Positions 44,584 through 54,220 of a stretch of 64,000 nt of DNA are shown piece after piece. The stretch is from Candidatus Doudnabacteria bacterium. GTDB lineage: Bacteria; Patescibacteriota; Doudnabacteria; UBA920; O2-02-FULL-48-8. The notes under the pieces were generated by a model. That model searched no databases and was not told where the DNA came from. It saw only the letters and a program-made list of their open reading frames with translations. Made by a program: the position numbers and the translations under genes. Within the stretch, counting starts at the first letter, position 1, and the number at the start of each line of letters is the position of its first letter. The stretch spans positions 12,488-76,487 of the forward strand of contig JACPKU010000006.1 in assembly GCA_016186915.1 (NCBI GenBank). The letters are read 5' to 3'.

Positions 44584-45194
44584 ATTTGCGAACCATTCTG
44601 ATCATTGGAGTTTTGCTGGCGATTTTAGGAATCGTGTTCCTGATTGACCGCGCCAGACAGGATGATGTCAGCGACCTCTCAAACATCATCACTTCGATAA
44701 TCGCTGAAAATCAAACTCAAGGACAAGACGCAGTCGCCACCGAAGCACGAAGCCAAGATTTTATTGTCTATACCTTGACGGCTGAAAATCCGACCAAAAG
44801 AGCGGTTGAGGGTTATGAGTTTGAAGTAAACATCGCTGACATTACCGAGTTGGCAACTTTAGTAGACGCAACCGGTGCCAATTACAACTCAGACAAAAAT
44901 TCGCTCACGTGGGCGCCACTCTCCGTCCCGGCCAATGATAAGGCAGACAAACAGTTTACTGTCCGAGTGAAGGATGATTTACCGGCTGATTCAGACCTCG
45001 TGATGACTGCGCAGTTCAACAACGAAGTCAAAGTGAAAGTGAGCAATGATCGAATTGCGGGTGAGGGGATTAATATTGAGCAGAAAGACCAAACGCCGTT
45101 CGTTGCGCCTACAGTTGGTTTGCCGGCTACAATCAGTTTGTTTTTTGCCGGATTGGCGACACTCGCGTTTTCTTTGGTGAGAATTAAGGTTTAA
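44580..45194 (+). CDS. DUF11-like single-domain protein with N-terminal TM and C-terminal APTVG sorting signal
   Basis: Similar to the last domain of the upstream protein (IADI.ELA.L...GA, F.VRVK, DLVMT). Confidence 0.75.
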   Translation: MNLRTILIIGVLLAILGIVFLIDRARQDDVSDLSNIITSIIAENQTQGQDAVATEARSQDFIVYTLTAENPTKRAVEGYEFEVNIADITELATLVDATGANYNSDKNSLTWAPLSVPANDKADKQFTVRVKDDLPADSDLVMTAQFNNEVKVKVSNDRIAGEGINIEQKDQTPFVAPTVGLPATISLFFAGLATLAFSLVRIKV

Positions 45195-45205
45195 GCCGCG
45201 TCAAA

Positions 45206-45237
45206 CAAAAACCCCGCAGCCTTGCGGGGTTTTTTGT
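45206..45237 (+). terminator. Intrinsic terminator
   Basis: AAAAACCCCGCA-GCCT-TGCGGGGTTTTT. Confidence 0.85.
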
Positions 45238-45300
45238 TTTTGGCTATGATGGGTTTATAGAAATCAAAACAAAACCGAGCATCCGGTTTTGTCTTTATTT

Positions 45301-46455
45301 ATGAGCAAGAGAGTAATAGATTTTGAAAAGCTAGAAGAATTGCTGAAACAGCATGACGGGCAAATGCTGGTTTTTGAACATGGCGAGCCGAGATTGGTTA
45401 TTTTGGATCCCAAGCGGTACCCAAATTTGTTTTTGGACAAAGAAGTTAACCCCTCTGGACTTGAAGAGAAAGTCAGAGGGGCAAAGATTTTGGTAACCGG
45501 GGGCGCTGGTTATATCGGTTCAGTGGCGGTGGAAAATTTATTAGCGAGCGGATATGATGTGGTGGTTTTGGATAATCTAAGCAGCGGCAAGGCAAGCAAT
45601 GTTAGTTGTCCTTTGATCGTGGGGGATATCGGGGATCCCAAAACACTGGACAAGCTTTTTTCTGAACACCAGATTGACGCCGTGATGCATTTTGCGGCTT
45701 TCGTGAAAGTAGAGGAGTCAGTCAAATTTCCGGAAAAATATTTTCAAAACAATGTGGTGAACAGCCTGGCGCTTCTGAACAGCATGCTCAAACACGGGGT
45801 GAAGAAGCTGATTTTTTCTTCAAGCGCGGCTGTTTACGGCCAACCCTCTTCAATTCCGATCACTGAAAAGCATCCTTGTTTTCCCACCAATCCTTACGGC
45901 GAAAGTAAATTGATGTTTGAAAAAATAATTCAATGGTACTCAAAGGTTCACGGGATTTCCGCTGTGATTTTAAGATATTTTAATGCCGCAGGCGCTAGTA
46001 TCAGCGGTAATCTGGGGGAGATTCGCGAAGACGTGACGCATTTAATTCCTAAGGTTTTGCAAGTTGCGGCACAGCAGGAAGAAGAGTTGCGGATTTTTGG
46101 ACAGGATTACCCAACTTTTGACGGCACAGCCGTCAGGGACTACGTTCACGTGGACGATTTAGCCTTGGCGCATATTTTGGCTTTGGATAAGCTTACAAAA
46201 GACCAGGGAGTTTTCACCTACAATATTGGCACCGGCACAGGTTACTCAGTAAATCAGGTGGTGGACTGTATCATGGAACAAACAGGCAAGATGATTATGA
46301 CTGAACATGCTCCGAGAAGAGAGGGCGATCCTGCAAGTTTGGTTGCGGATGCAAGTTTGGCGTTTTCTGAGTTGGGATTTGCTGCGCAGTATTCGGACCT
46401 GCCGACAATCGTGGATACTGCCTGGAGCTGGCACAAGAAACGATTCCGGCTGTAA
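45301..46455 (+). CDS. galE: UDP-glucose 4-epimerase with ~60-aa N-terminal extension
   Basis: VTGGAGYIGS, HFAA...V.ES, FSSSAAVYG, PYGESK, LRYFNAAGA, DGTAVRDYVHV. Confidence 0.93.
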   Translation: MSKRVIDFEKLEELLKQHDGQMLVFEHGEPRLVILDPKRYPNLFLDKEVNPSGLEEKVRGAKILVTGGAGYIGSVAVENLLASGYDVVVLDNLSSGKASNVSCPLIVGDIGDPKTLDKLFSEHQIDAVMHFAAFVKVEESVKFPEKYFQNNVVNSLALLNSMLKHGVKKLIFSSSAAVYGQPSSIPITEKHPCFPTNPYGESKLMFEKIIQWYSKVHGISAVILRYFNAAGASISGNLGEIREDVTHLIPKVLQVAAQQEEELRIFGQDYPTFDGTAVRDYVHVDDLALAHILALDKLTKDQGVFTYNIGTGTGYSVNQVVDCIMEQTGKMIMTEHAPRREGDPASLVADASLAFSELGFAAQYSDLPTIVDTAWSWHKKRFRL

Positions 46456-46482
46456 CGCACAGCTTGGAGCGAAGGAGGAACA

Positions 46483-46752
46483 ATGCAGCCCGGAGCGTTT
46501 AAAAAGGCCCGGTTGATGATCGCGTTCATGCAGCGGGAGACAGGTCGTGTTTGGGGCAGAAGGACCGACCTGGCAGAAGAGTTGGGAGACTATGAGGCAA
46601 AATTCGGCGAACCACCCTGGGCAGAGGAATTTCGCGCTGACATTGACCGCCGAGGCTGGATGCCCAGACCTTCGTCACCCGTGTTCGTGAACGATTTAGA
46701 GACAGAAACGGAAGAGCTTGTTCGGAAGATGCTCGCGGAGGATGGAAACTAG
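46483..46752 (+). CDS. 89-aa hypothetical protein
   Basis: AAGGAGGA SD; hairpin plus T tract at ~46768-46798. Confidence 0.6.
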   Translation: MQPGAFKKARLMIAFMQRETGRVWGRRTDLAEELGDYEAKFGEPPWAEEFRADIDRRGWMPRPSSPVFVNDLETETEELVRKMLAEDGN

Positions 46753-46934
46753 CCGGGTCGGTCGCTAGCCGCGGATTTTCCCTGTTCGCGGTTTTTTTAT
46801 TTTTAATATTTATGGTATAATTCGAACACTGTGATTTCTGAACTGAAATAAACTCCCTGATTATTATAGGAAATTAACACAGAGTAACAATCTAAGTATT
46901 GGCGCGTCTTGTTTTTTGTCAACCAAACACAGAA

Positions 46935-48935
46935 ATGTTAATCAATTTGAAAACAAAGCTCTTATCTTTGGTCGTTATTTTGCTGGTTTTTTTATTTGCA
47001 GGAACCTTTGAGCATAACGCAACCAGCGTAAAGATAATTTTTGCGCTGAAGGAGGGGGTGGAGGTACAAGACATTGTTGTTGATTACCAACTTTTAGACA
47101 ATCAACTGCTTTTTGCTGCCAGCAAAGGATTAGCGCCAACATTTACCGCCGCAGTTAAATCCGGATTGTTGGGCAAATTAAACAGCGATAAGCGGCTGTT
47201 ATACGCTGAAGCGGACACGAAAGTTTTAGCCAGCAAGATCACGACCAATGACAGTTTTTTCACGACTGACGACAATAACCAAAACAGCCAGTGGTATCTG
47301 CCGAAGATAAAAATTCCTGACGCCTGGGAGTTTTCCAAGGGCAGTAGCTCGGTTAAAGTGGCAATAGTTGATACGGGGATTCACGCTTCTCACATTGAAC
47401 TCAATGACGGACGGGTGATTGGTGGATATAACTCGATTACCAAAGAAACGATTTTGCCCCAGGCCAGCTCTGACGACAACGGTCATGGTACCGCGGTGGC
47501 GGGCATCATCGGTGCGATTCCGAATAATGGACGAGGACTGAGCGGGATTAACTGGAACATCAGCCTTATGCCGATCAAGGCTTTAGATGCGGCAGGCAAC
47601 GGCTTCATCTCTTCAGTGGCTTCTGGGATTGTGAGGGCCGTTGATGAGGGCGCGGATATTATTAATCTAAGTTTGGGTGGACCCGGTTTTGGCGCTGATG
47701 CCACGCTGAACAGCGCGGTAAAATACGCATTCGACCGAGGCGTTCTGGTGGTGGCGGCGGCCGGAAACGATCTGGCAGAATTTGGCTCGAATCTGGACAT
47801 CAACCCCGTGTATCCAATTTGTTCTGATTTGGGACAGAACATGGTTTTAGGTGTAGCAGCCACGGATGTTACAGATCAAAAAGCTGATTTTTCCAACTTT
47901 GGCATTAACTGCGTGGATTTGTCCGCCCCAGGAAAAAGGATTTTGACCACGGCTTTTATTCCATCTGACCCGGCAAATAATATTTTGATTTACGGCTCGG
48001 GAACTTCCTTGGCCACCCCGCTGGTTTCCGGAGTCGCCGCGCTTTTGAAAGCCAAAAATCCCACTCTCACCAACATTCAGCTAAGAGATATCCTGATAAA
48101 GTCTGTGGATGATATTAGCAATCTTAACAAGACTAATTGTTTAGGCACCTCTTGCAATGGCTTTTTGGGTTCAGGGCGCCTGAATGCTCTCAAGGCTTTA
48201 ACGCCCACGCCGTTTTCGGACGGAGACTTGATTAGAGAGTCCGGAACGAACCGCATATTTCTTTTAACAGACGGCACAAAACATTATGTCTCACAGTTTG
48301 TGTTTGACCAAAAAGGGTTTAGCCTGGCCAATGTGGTAAACGAAACCAGTGGCCAGCTGAGCACCTATACCGAGGGAGCGCCGCTGTTGCCGGTTGAGGG
48401 AACCCTGATTAAGGCCGAGAATAATCCCACCGTTTACATTATCCATGAGAATGTTAAACGCGCTTTAACTTTCTTAGTATTTAATTCCAGAAAGTTTAGC
48501 TTTGCTGATGTCCGCTCCCTGCCCAGCCCGGATGTGGCTTTGTTTCCTGAAGGAGACTGGTTTTGGCCGCCGGACGGCACTATGGTCCTGGTTTCTAGTG
48601 ATCCAACAGTCTATGTAATGGATCAGGAAGTGAGAAGGCCGGTTACATTTTTGGTTTTCAATTTGCGCAAACTTTCATTTGCCAATGTCGTGACAGTCAG
48701 CCCTGACGAACTGACGCATATTCCAGTCCCCGAAGATTCATACTGGCTGGCGCCGCCGGAAGGAACTTTAGTTAAGTCTGTCTCGGACCCGACAGTTTAT
48801 ACTATTGAAAACGCGAGCAGGCGAGGATTAACTGGGGTTGCTTTTACTAACCGAGGGTTGAGCTTCGGGGCAATTCACGTTCTCCCGCAAGCGGAATTGG
48901 AAGTAATTAAACCAGGAGATCCAATCATTGAATAA
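46935..48935 (+). CDS. Secreted subtilase (S8) with C-terminal CPR surface repeats
   Basis: VAIVDTG, HGTAVAG, GTSLATP catalytic triad; four G[DT]LI[KR]...VY....KR repeats. Confidence 0.92.
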   Translation: MLINLKTKLLSLVVILLVFLFAGTFEHNATSVKIIFALKEGVEVQDIVVDYQLLDNQLLFAASKGLAPTFTAAVKSGLLGKLNSDKRLLYAEADTKVLASKITTNDSFFTTDDNNQNSQWYLPKIKIPDAWEFSKGSSSVKVAIVDTGIHASHIELNDGRVIGGYNSITKETILPQASSDDNGHGTAVAGIIGAIPNNGRGLSGINWNISLMPIKALDAAGNGFISSVASGIVRAVDEGADIINLSLGGPGFGADATLNSAVKYAFDRGVLVVAAAGNDLAEFGSNLDINPVYPICSDLGQNMVLGVAATDVTDQKADFSNFGINCVDLSAPGKRILTTAFIPSDPANNILIYGSGTSLATPLVSGVAALLKAKNPTLTNIQLRDILIKSVDDISNLNKTNCLGTSCNGFLGSGRLNALKALTPTPFSDGDLIRESGTNRIFLLTDGTKHYVSQFVFDQKGFSLANVVNETSGQLSTYTEGAPLLPVEGTLIKAENNPTVYIIHENVKRALTFLVFNSRKFSFADVRSLPSPDVALFPEGDWFWPPDGTMVLVSSDPTVYVMDQEVRRPVTFLVFNLRKLSFANVVTVSPDELTHIPVPEDSYWLAPPEGTLVKSVSDPTVYTIENASRRGLTGVAFTNRGLSFGAIHVLPQAELEVIKPGDPIIE

Positions 48936-50652
48936 AATTTTTCAAATATCAAATAACAAATATCAAATAACAATCATCGTTCTAGTCCTAGCGTTAATGA
49001 TAGGTCCGCTGACGGTGTTTGCGCAAAGTGCAATTGATCCTGCTTTCAATCCCGGACTTTTGATTACTGATACGGCTTTTTCTGATAAAGGCACCTTTGG
49101 TTCCGCTGAAGGAATCCAACAGTTTTTTGAACAACGTGGCTCTGTCTTGGCCCGCACGGACCAAAGCTTTTTACTGAAACTGAAAGAGCCGGACTATGCG
49201 ACCAAGGAAGCCTTGGAGGACCCCAACCCACAGTTAGGCAGATTGAGGTCAGCAGCCGAATTAATCTACGACGCGACGCAAAAGCACGGCTTGAATCCGC
49301 AAGTTATCTTGGTACTGCTGCAGAAAGAACAGAGTCTCGTAGACGGCAATTTTACCAGCGATGATCGATTGCAAAGAGCTTTGGATCGAGCACTAGGCTT
49401 TGGGTGCCCGGACAATGGCGGGTGCGGTGACATATTTTTAAGTTTCTACCGTCAGCTGTTTGGATCATTTGATTCGCAAGGAAGCCGGTGGCTTGGCGCT
49501 GCTGCGTCTTTGATGCGTTCATTTGAGACGGCGGGCGGGAGAGGTCCGAGAGTTGATTCTGCAAACCAAGTTTTTGGCAGCCCGACCGTCCGAACTTCGC
49601 AGGTCGGGGATACCATAGTTTTGGACAACACGACAGGCGGATATAGCGGAGTTCAGCCAACCCAGAGTGTTACCATTGGCAACAAGGCTACCGCCGCACT
49701 TTATCGCTACACACCGCATGTGTTTAACGGGAATTATAATTTTTGGCGATTTTACAGCAAGTGGTTTAAGTATCCGAACGGCACAGTGATTCAATTAAGC
49801 GGCGAAGCGGTGCGATACGTAATTGATAATGGAACCAAAAGATTATTTTCTGACTTCGTGGCGGTTCAGCGAAAGTTGAAAACCGACACAGTCGTAACTT
49901 TGTCTCAGTCAGAGTTCAGCGAGTATTTGACAGAGAAGCCGCTGCCTCCTTTGGAAGATACTTTGCTCAAGGGCGAGGCGGATGCCACGGTGTTTGTTGT
50001 TAAAGTTAACAAAAAGCGGCCGATCTCTGGAGCTGTATTTTCGCAGCGCGGTCTGTCATTTGCCAAGGTGGTGAGTTTGCCGCAAGCGGAAGTTGATGGC
50101 TATGAATTGGGGGCGCACTTGCCGCCCAAAGACGGCACGCTGATTATCGCTGAATCTGACCCAACAGTTTATTTGATTGAGAACGGCGTGAAACGGCCGA
50201 TTACCGGTGATGTATTTACGGCACGCAAGTTTTCTTTCAAGAATTTAATGCGGCTTACTGATCCGGAATTGGCCAGTCTTCCTACCGGCGATTTTGTACG
50301 GCCTCCTGACAGTACCGCACTCCAGCTCAAAGGCGATACGGGAATTTATTGGTTCAAGGACGGGCAGAAACGATTTGTCTCTGCATTTGTTTACAAACAG
50401 CGCGGTGTTAATGCTTTCCCGCATATCATTATTGGGTCAGAAGAATTTGAGCAGGTTCCGACGGCCACGCCTTTTCCGCCCCGCGATGGCACAGTGATCA
50501 AGGGTGATGTAAGCACCGCAATTTATAGGATTGAGAACGGTGTAAAAAGAATGTTTACGGCAGCATCTTATGCCGTTGCCAGACACCCCGTGGCCACGGT
50601 CCTGCCGCAAGCCGAAGTCGACAGTTTTGCCGAAGGTGCCGTGATCGAATAA
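48928..50652 (+). CDS. Secreted protein with putative lysozyme-like N-domain and GTLIK-type repeats
   Basis: LNPQVILVLLQKEQSL, GFGCPD, ATAALYRYTPH; five C-terminal repeats shared with the S8 neighbour. Confidence 0.7.
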   Translation: MNKIFQISNNKYQITIIVLVLALMIGPLTVFAQSAIDPAFNPGLLITDTAFSDKGTFGSAEGIQQFFEQRGSVLARTDQSFLLKLKEPDYATKEALEDPNPQLGRLRSAAELIYDATQKHGLNPQVILVLLQKEQSLVDGNFTSDDRLQRALDRALGFGCPDNGGCGDIFLSFYRQLFGSFDSQGSRWLGAAASLMRSFETAGGRGPRVDSANQVFGSPTVRTSQVGDTIVLDNTTGGYSGVQPTQSVTIGNKATAALYRYTPHVFNGNYNFWRFYSKWFKYPNGTVIQLSGEAVRYVIDNGTKRLFSDFVAVQRKLKTDTVVTLSQSEFSEYLTEKPLPPLEDTLLKGEADATVFVVKVNKKRPISGAVFSQRGLSFAKVVSLPQAEVDGYELGAHLPPKDGTLIIAESDPTVYLIENGVKRPITGDVFTARKFSFKNLMRLTDPELASLPTGDFVRPPDSTALQLKGDTGIYWFKDGQKRFVSAFVYKQRGVNAFPHIIIGSEEFEQVPTATPFPPRDGTVIKGDVSTAIYRIENGVKRMFTAASYAVARHPVATVLPQAEVDSFAEGAVIE

Positions 50653-50677
50653 ACAGAGAACGAGAATCAAACGTAAC

Positions 50678-51348
50678 ATTCACGATCGTGAAAAAGGCGT
50701 TAGATCATGAAAGCGAGCACAAAAAGGAAAATCAAAAAGAAAAGCCTCCAGCTCACCAAACAAATATTGGTAACTTTAGCAACAGCTCCGAAAGCTCTTT
50801 TTGATATTTTTATAGATAGCAGTCCTTATACCAGACGTTTGTTTGCTGACCGTGAAATTACTCGGAGTCAATTGCAACGCGCAATACAGGATTTAAAAAG
50901 GCAGCGCTTAATTAAGATGAGGGAATATAAGCAAAAACTGATTTATGAGCTAACTGACCTGGGAAGAGCGCAAATGCTTCGGTGGAATTACAAATTTCGC
51001 CCTAAGCAAGAGAGACGAGATGGCTTAGGCACCATCGTGATATTTGACATCCCTGAAACTAAACGGCAGGCGCGTGATTTCTTGCGGCGTTTTTTAAAAG
51101 AGAATCAATTCACTCAGTTGCAGAAAAGTGTGTTTATTGGACGGTTTTGGCTACTGGCAGAGTTTTATGATTTATTGACTGAACTTCGAATAGTAGAACA
51201 TGTATCAGTGTTGGAAGGACGAATTCCACATACGACTGCTAATAATCGTTTTAGAAACCGTTCCTAAATTATTAATTGTGGTGTAATGGTAAATAACCGT
51301 AAACTTAATTTTCTAGCGTATAATTCACGATCGTGAAAAAGACGTTAG
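50678..51348. repeat. 26-bp direct repeats (50678-50703, 51323-51348) bracketing the PaaX-like gene
   Basis: ATTCACGATCGTGAAAAAG[G/A]CGTTAG, 25/26 identical, perfect palindromic core TTCACGATCGTGAA. Confidence 0.9.
50707..51267 (+). CDS. PaaX-like wHTH plus Cas2-like (ferredoxin-fold) domain protein
   Basis: YELTDLG wHTH wing; IVIFDIPE..R..RD.LR..L....F..LQKSVF. Confidence 0.85.
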   Translation: MKASTKRKIKKKSLQLTKQILVTLATAPKALFDIFIDSSPYTRRLFADREITRSQLQRAIQDLKRQRLIKMREYKQKLIYELTDLGRAQMLRWNYKFRPKQERRDGLGTIVIFDIPETKRQARDFLRRFLKENQFTQLQKSVFIGRFWLLAEFYDLLTELRIVEHVSVLEGRIPHTTANNRFRNRS

Positions 51349-51463
51349 GGAGGGAAGCAAGAAAAACTGCATTTGCATAAGGTCTTCAGTATTGATATTC
51401 TGATATATCAAGTCAGGACTTGAAGTTTTGGTGTTTCGTGGACAATTCAGAGGGGAGGATTCT

Positions 51464-52615
51464 ATGCGTCAGAGCGAGTATGCTCAAGCCGGAGTCGATT
51501 ACACGCAGATCCAAGGGTTCAAGGACGCAATGGTCGAAGTGGGGAAGAAAACTCTGGCTTTCCCAAATCGGCGAGGCGTCTACGTCGAGCAAGACGTCAT
51601 GCACAGCCACGGGGTGGTTTACTACTACCACGGGCCGGCGAGGACTCATCGTTGGGCGAAGACCCAGGAAGGCCTTGGCAACAAGAACTGGATCGCCGAA
51701 TGGATGTACCAGTTCAGTGGAACGGGTCGGACCTACTACGAAGGTATCGGGATCGACACTGCCCGCATGGCAGTCAACGACAACATCGCTCAGGGCGCGA
51801 TGCCTGCCGTGTACACCGACGAGGTCGCGGCCGGTCCAAGCAGTTGGTTTTCAGACCGGCGTCGAGCGGCGGATTTGGCGAACGGGTTCTTTCGTGCATG
51901 TGAAGAGGATGGGATGGCTCTCGGAGCAGGCGAATCGCCAGCGCTCAAGTACCTCATCAACGCGCTGCCGCCGGTTACCAGTGCACCGTCCCTGAGTGGG
52001 TCGGTTACGGGGATCATTGCGCCAGCAAGTCGGCTGATCACCGGCAAGAAGCTGCGAGCTGGGGACAAGATCATCGGCGTGCCTTCGAGCGGTCTTCAGG
52101 CGAACGGAATTTCGCTCGTGATCCGTCGAACCATGGGCGACCCGTCAGCCGGCATCCCTCCATTGAAGGACGGGTTCCTCACCAAGTTGCCGAACGGCAA
52201 CACTCTTGGAGAGGAAGCGTTGATCCCGACGCGGTCATACGTGGCGTTCGTTGAAGCGCTTCAGGAAGCTGATGTGGAGATTCACGCACTACTTCCTGGG
52301 ACAGGGGATGGCGTCGCGAAGCTGGCGTTCGACAAGCGTCCGTTCACTTACCGCGTACACACCTGGACGCCGAACATTCCGCTTTTGTTCTTGTTCATGC
52401 GGGAGTTGGGCGTTTCCCTGGAAGATTGTCTCAAGACTTTCAACTGGGGGATCGGCCTCTACGCGTTCGTGCCGCCTAACGAAGTTGACCATGTGATCCA
52501 GATCGGGAGGGACATAGGGGACGAGGTCCTGGAGGTCGGGGTGGTCGAGCAGGGTGAACGCATGACCATCTTCGGGCCAGCGAACGATCTTAAGCTCCCA
52601 CCCCCAGGGGAGTAG
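51464..52615 (+). CDS. purM: Divergent phosphoribosylaminoimidazole (AIR) synthetase
   Basis: YAQAGVD, MAVND, GAGES, GD.IIG..SSG, TFNWGIG; GGGGAGGA SD before ATG 51464. Confidence 0.85.
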   Translation: MRQSEYAQAGVDYTQIQGFKDAMVEVGKKTLAFPNRRGVYVEQDVMHSHGVVYYYHGPARTHRWAKTQEGLGNKNWIAEWMYQFSGTGRTYYEGIGIDTARMAVNDNIAQGAMPAVYTDEVAAGPSSWFSDRRRAADLANGFFRACEEDGMALGAGESPALKYLINALPPVTSAPSLSGSVTGIIAPASRLITGKKLRAGDKIIGVPSSGLQANGISLVIRRTMGDPSAGIPPLKDGFLTKLPNGNTLGEEALIPTRSYVAFVEALQEADVEIHALLPGTGDGVAKLAFDKRPFTYRVHTWTPNIPLLFLFMRELGVSLEDCLKTFNWGIGLYAFVPPNEVDHVIQIGRDIGDEVLEVGVVEQGERMTIFGPANDLKLPPPGE

Positions 52616-52641
52616 CGGGGATGCTATTGTCCGGATCTGTT

Positions 52642-52680
52642 GCCGCTTTCGTGAGGGAATGAAAGCGGCTTATTTTTTTG
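52642..52680 (+). terminator. Terminator after purM
   Basis: GCCGCTTTC...GAAAGCGGC followed by T tract. Confidence 0.75.
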
Positions 52681-52696
52681 CTATAATGGGATTACC

Positions 52697-54220
52697 ATGA
52701 CCTATGATTTGAAACAGCGTGGGGGGAAGCTGATTTTGCTGACTGCCATCATCGCTTCTGGCATGGCGTTTTTGGATGGCACAGTGGTGAATATCGCCCT
52801 GCCTGTGATTCAGGAAAGCTTTGGCGCGAGTTTGGGGCAATTAGCCTGGATCGTGAACGCGTTTGCCTTGACTCTCGCGTCCTTTTTGTTGATCAGCGGA
52901 GCGCTGGCTGATCGTTTGGGGCGCAAGAAAATGTTTTTGTTTGGGATCGTGTTGTTCACGCTGTCCTCTTTGTGGTGCGCTTTGGCGCGGGATGCCACCA
53001 TGTTGATTATCGCGCGCGCTGTGCAGGGTTTGGGCGCGGCCATCATGATCCCAGGCAGCCTGACTATTATTAATTTATCTTTTGAGTCCAGCACCCGCGG
53101 CAAGGCCATTGGACTTTGGTCCGGCCTTTCCGGAGGGATTGCGGCGCTGGGCCCCTTCTTGGGCGGCGCTTTGGTGCAGAGTTTTGGCTGGCCGTCGATT
53201 TTTCTTATCAATTTACCACTCGGGGTGATCGCGTTTTTAGTGGGCTGGTGGGTGATTGCAGAAAGCAAAGCGGAGCAGGAGGGCAAGATTGACTGGTGGG
53301 GCGTGATCTTGTTAGTGCTGGGATTAACCGGTTTATCTTACGGCTTGATGCAAGCGCCGGCTCGAGGCTTTAGCCACCCGTTTATTCTGGCAGGTTTAAT
53401 TGGCGGAGCAGTATTGTTGGTTGCGTTTATCCTCCTCGAACTAAGAATCGCGAATGCCATCATGCCGTTGCATATTTTCAAAAATCGGCTGGTCGCGGGC
53501 GCCAATTTGGTCACCCTGTTTCTGTATTTCGCCCTCTATGGCACGATTTTCTTTTTGCCCTTAATTTTTCAACAAGCCCAGGGGTATACGCCGCTGCAGG
53601 CGGGGTTGGCGTTATTGCCCTCAATTTTGATTATTACGTTTCTTTCAGGTCCCGCAGGTGGCTTGGCAGACAAAATTGGACCCAGAAAGCAAATGATTTT
53701 TGGGCCCCTGACCGTGGCCATCGGTTTTGCGTCTTTGATCTGGCCCAATGTTGGGACGAATTACTGGACTGGTTATTTTCCGGGATTGGCATTGTTCGGT
53801 TTAGGCATGGCATTTGTGATCGCGCCCTTAACCAAGTCAGCGCTGTCGGTGGAAGAACGTTTCTCAGGTGCGGCTTCTGGCGTGAATAACGCGGTTTCCA
53901 GAATCGCGGCTTTACTCGCAGTGGCGATTCTGGGCATCGTGGCGTTGGGATTGTTTGGAGACAATTTAGCGGAAAAATTAAAACAAACCTCGCTTCACGA
54001 AGCGCAAAGACAGGAAATCAAAAACCAAGCGGACAAGCTTGGTGGCATAGAGATTCCAGAAACTTTTAATCAGGTCGAAGCCTCGGAAGCCGCAAGAGTG
54101 ATAGATGAAGCATTCGTCTTCAGCTTCAGATGGATCGCCGGAATTAACGCGCTCTTAGCGTTTTTGAGTGCCTTGGTTTCAGTTTGGTTGATACGTCCGA
54201 AAGTCAAGCCAGTTATTTAG
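52697..54220 (+). CDS. MFS transporter, DHA2 (EmrB/QacA) family
   Basis: LDGTVVNIALP, GALADRLGRK, WPSIFLINLP; 14-TM pattern. Confidence 0.92.
   Translation: MTYDLKQRGGKLILLTAIIASGMAFLDGTVVNIALPVIQESFGASLGQLAWIVNAFALTLASFLLISGALADRLGRKKMFLFGIVLFTLSSLWCALARDATMLIIARAVQGLGAAIMIPGSLTIINLSFESSTRGKAIGLWSGLSGGIAALGPFLGGALVQSFGWPSIFLINLPLGVIAFLVGWWVIAESKAEQEGKIDWWGVILLVLGLTGLSYGLMQAPARGFSHPFILAGLIGGAVLLVAFILLELRIANAIMPLHIFKNRLVAGANLVTLFLYFALYGTIFFLPLIFQQAQGYTPLQAGLALLPSILIITFLSGPAGGLADKIGPRKQMIFGPLTVAIGFASLIWPNVGTNYWTGYFPGLALFGLGMAFVIAPLTKSALSVEERFSGAASGVNNAVSRIAALLAVAILGIVALGLFGDNLAEKLKQTSLHEAQRQEIKNQADKLGGIEIPETFNQVEASEAARVIDEAFVFSFRWIAGINALLAFLSALVSVWLIRPKVKPVI

Noticed and set aside
50707-51267. 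Genuine cas2 of a CRISPR-Cas system
   Set aside because: The domain is fused to a wHTH (PaaX-like), only two repeats flank it, and there is no cas1 or array.
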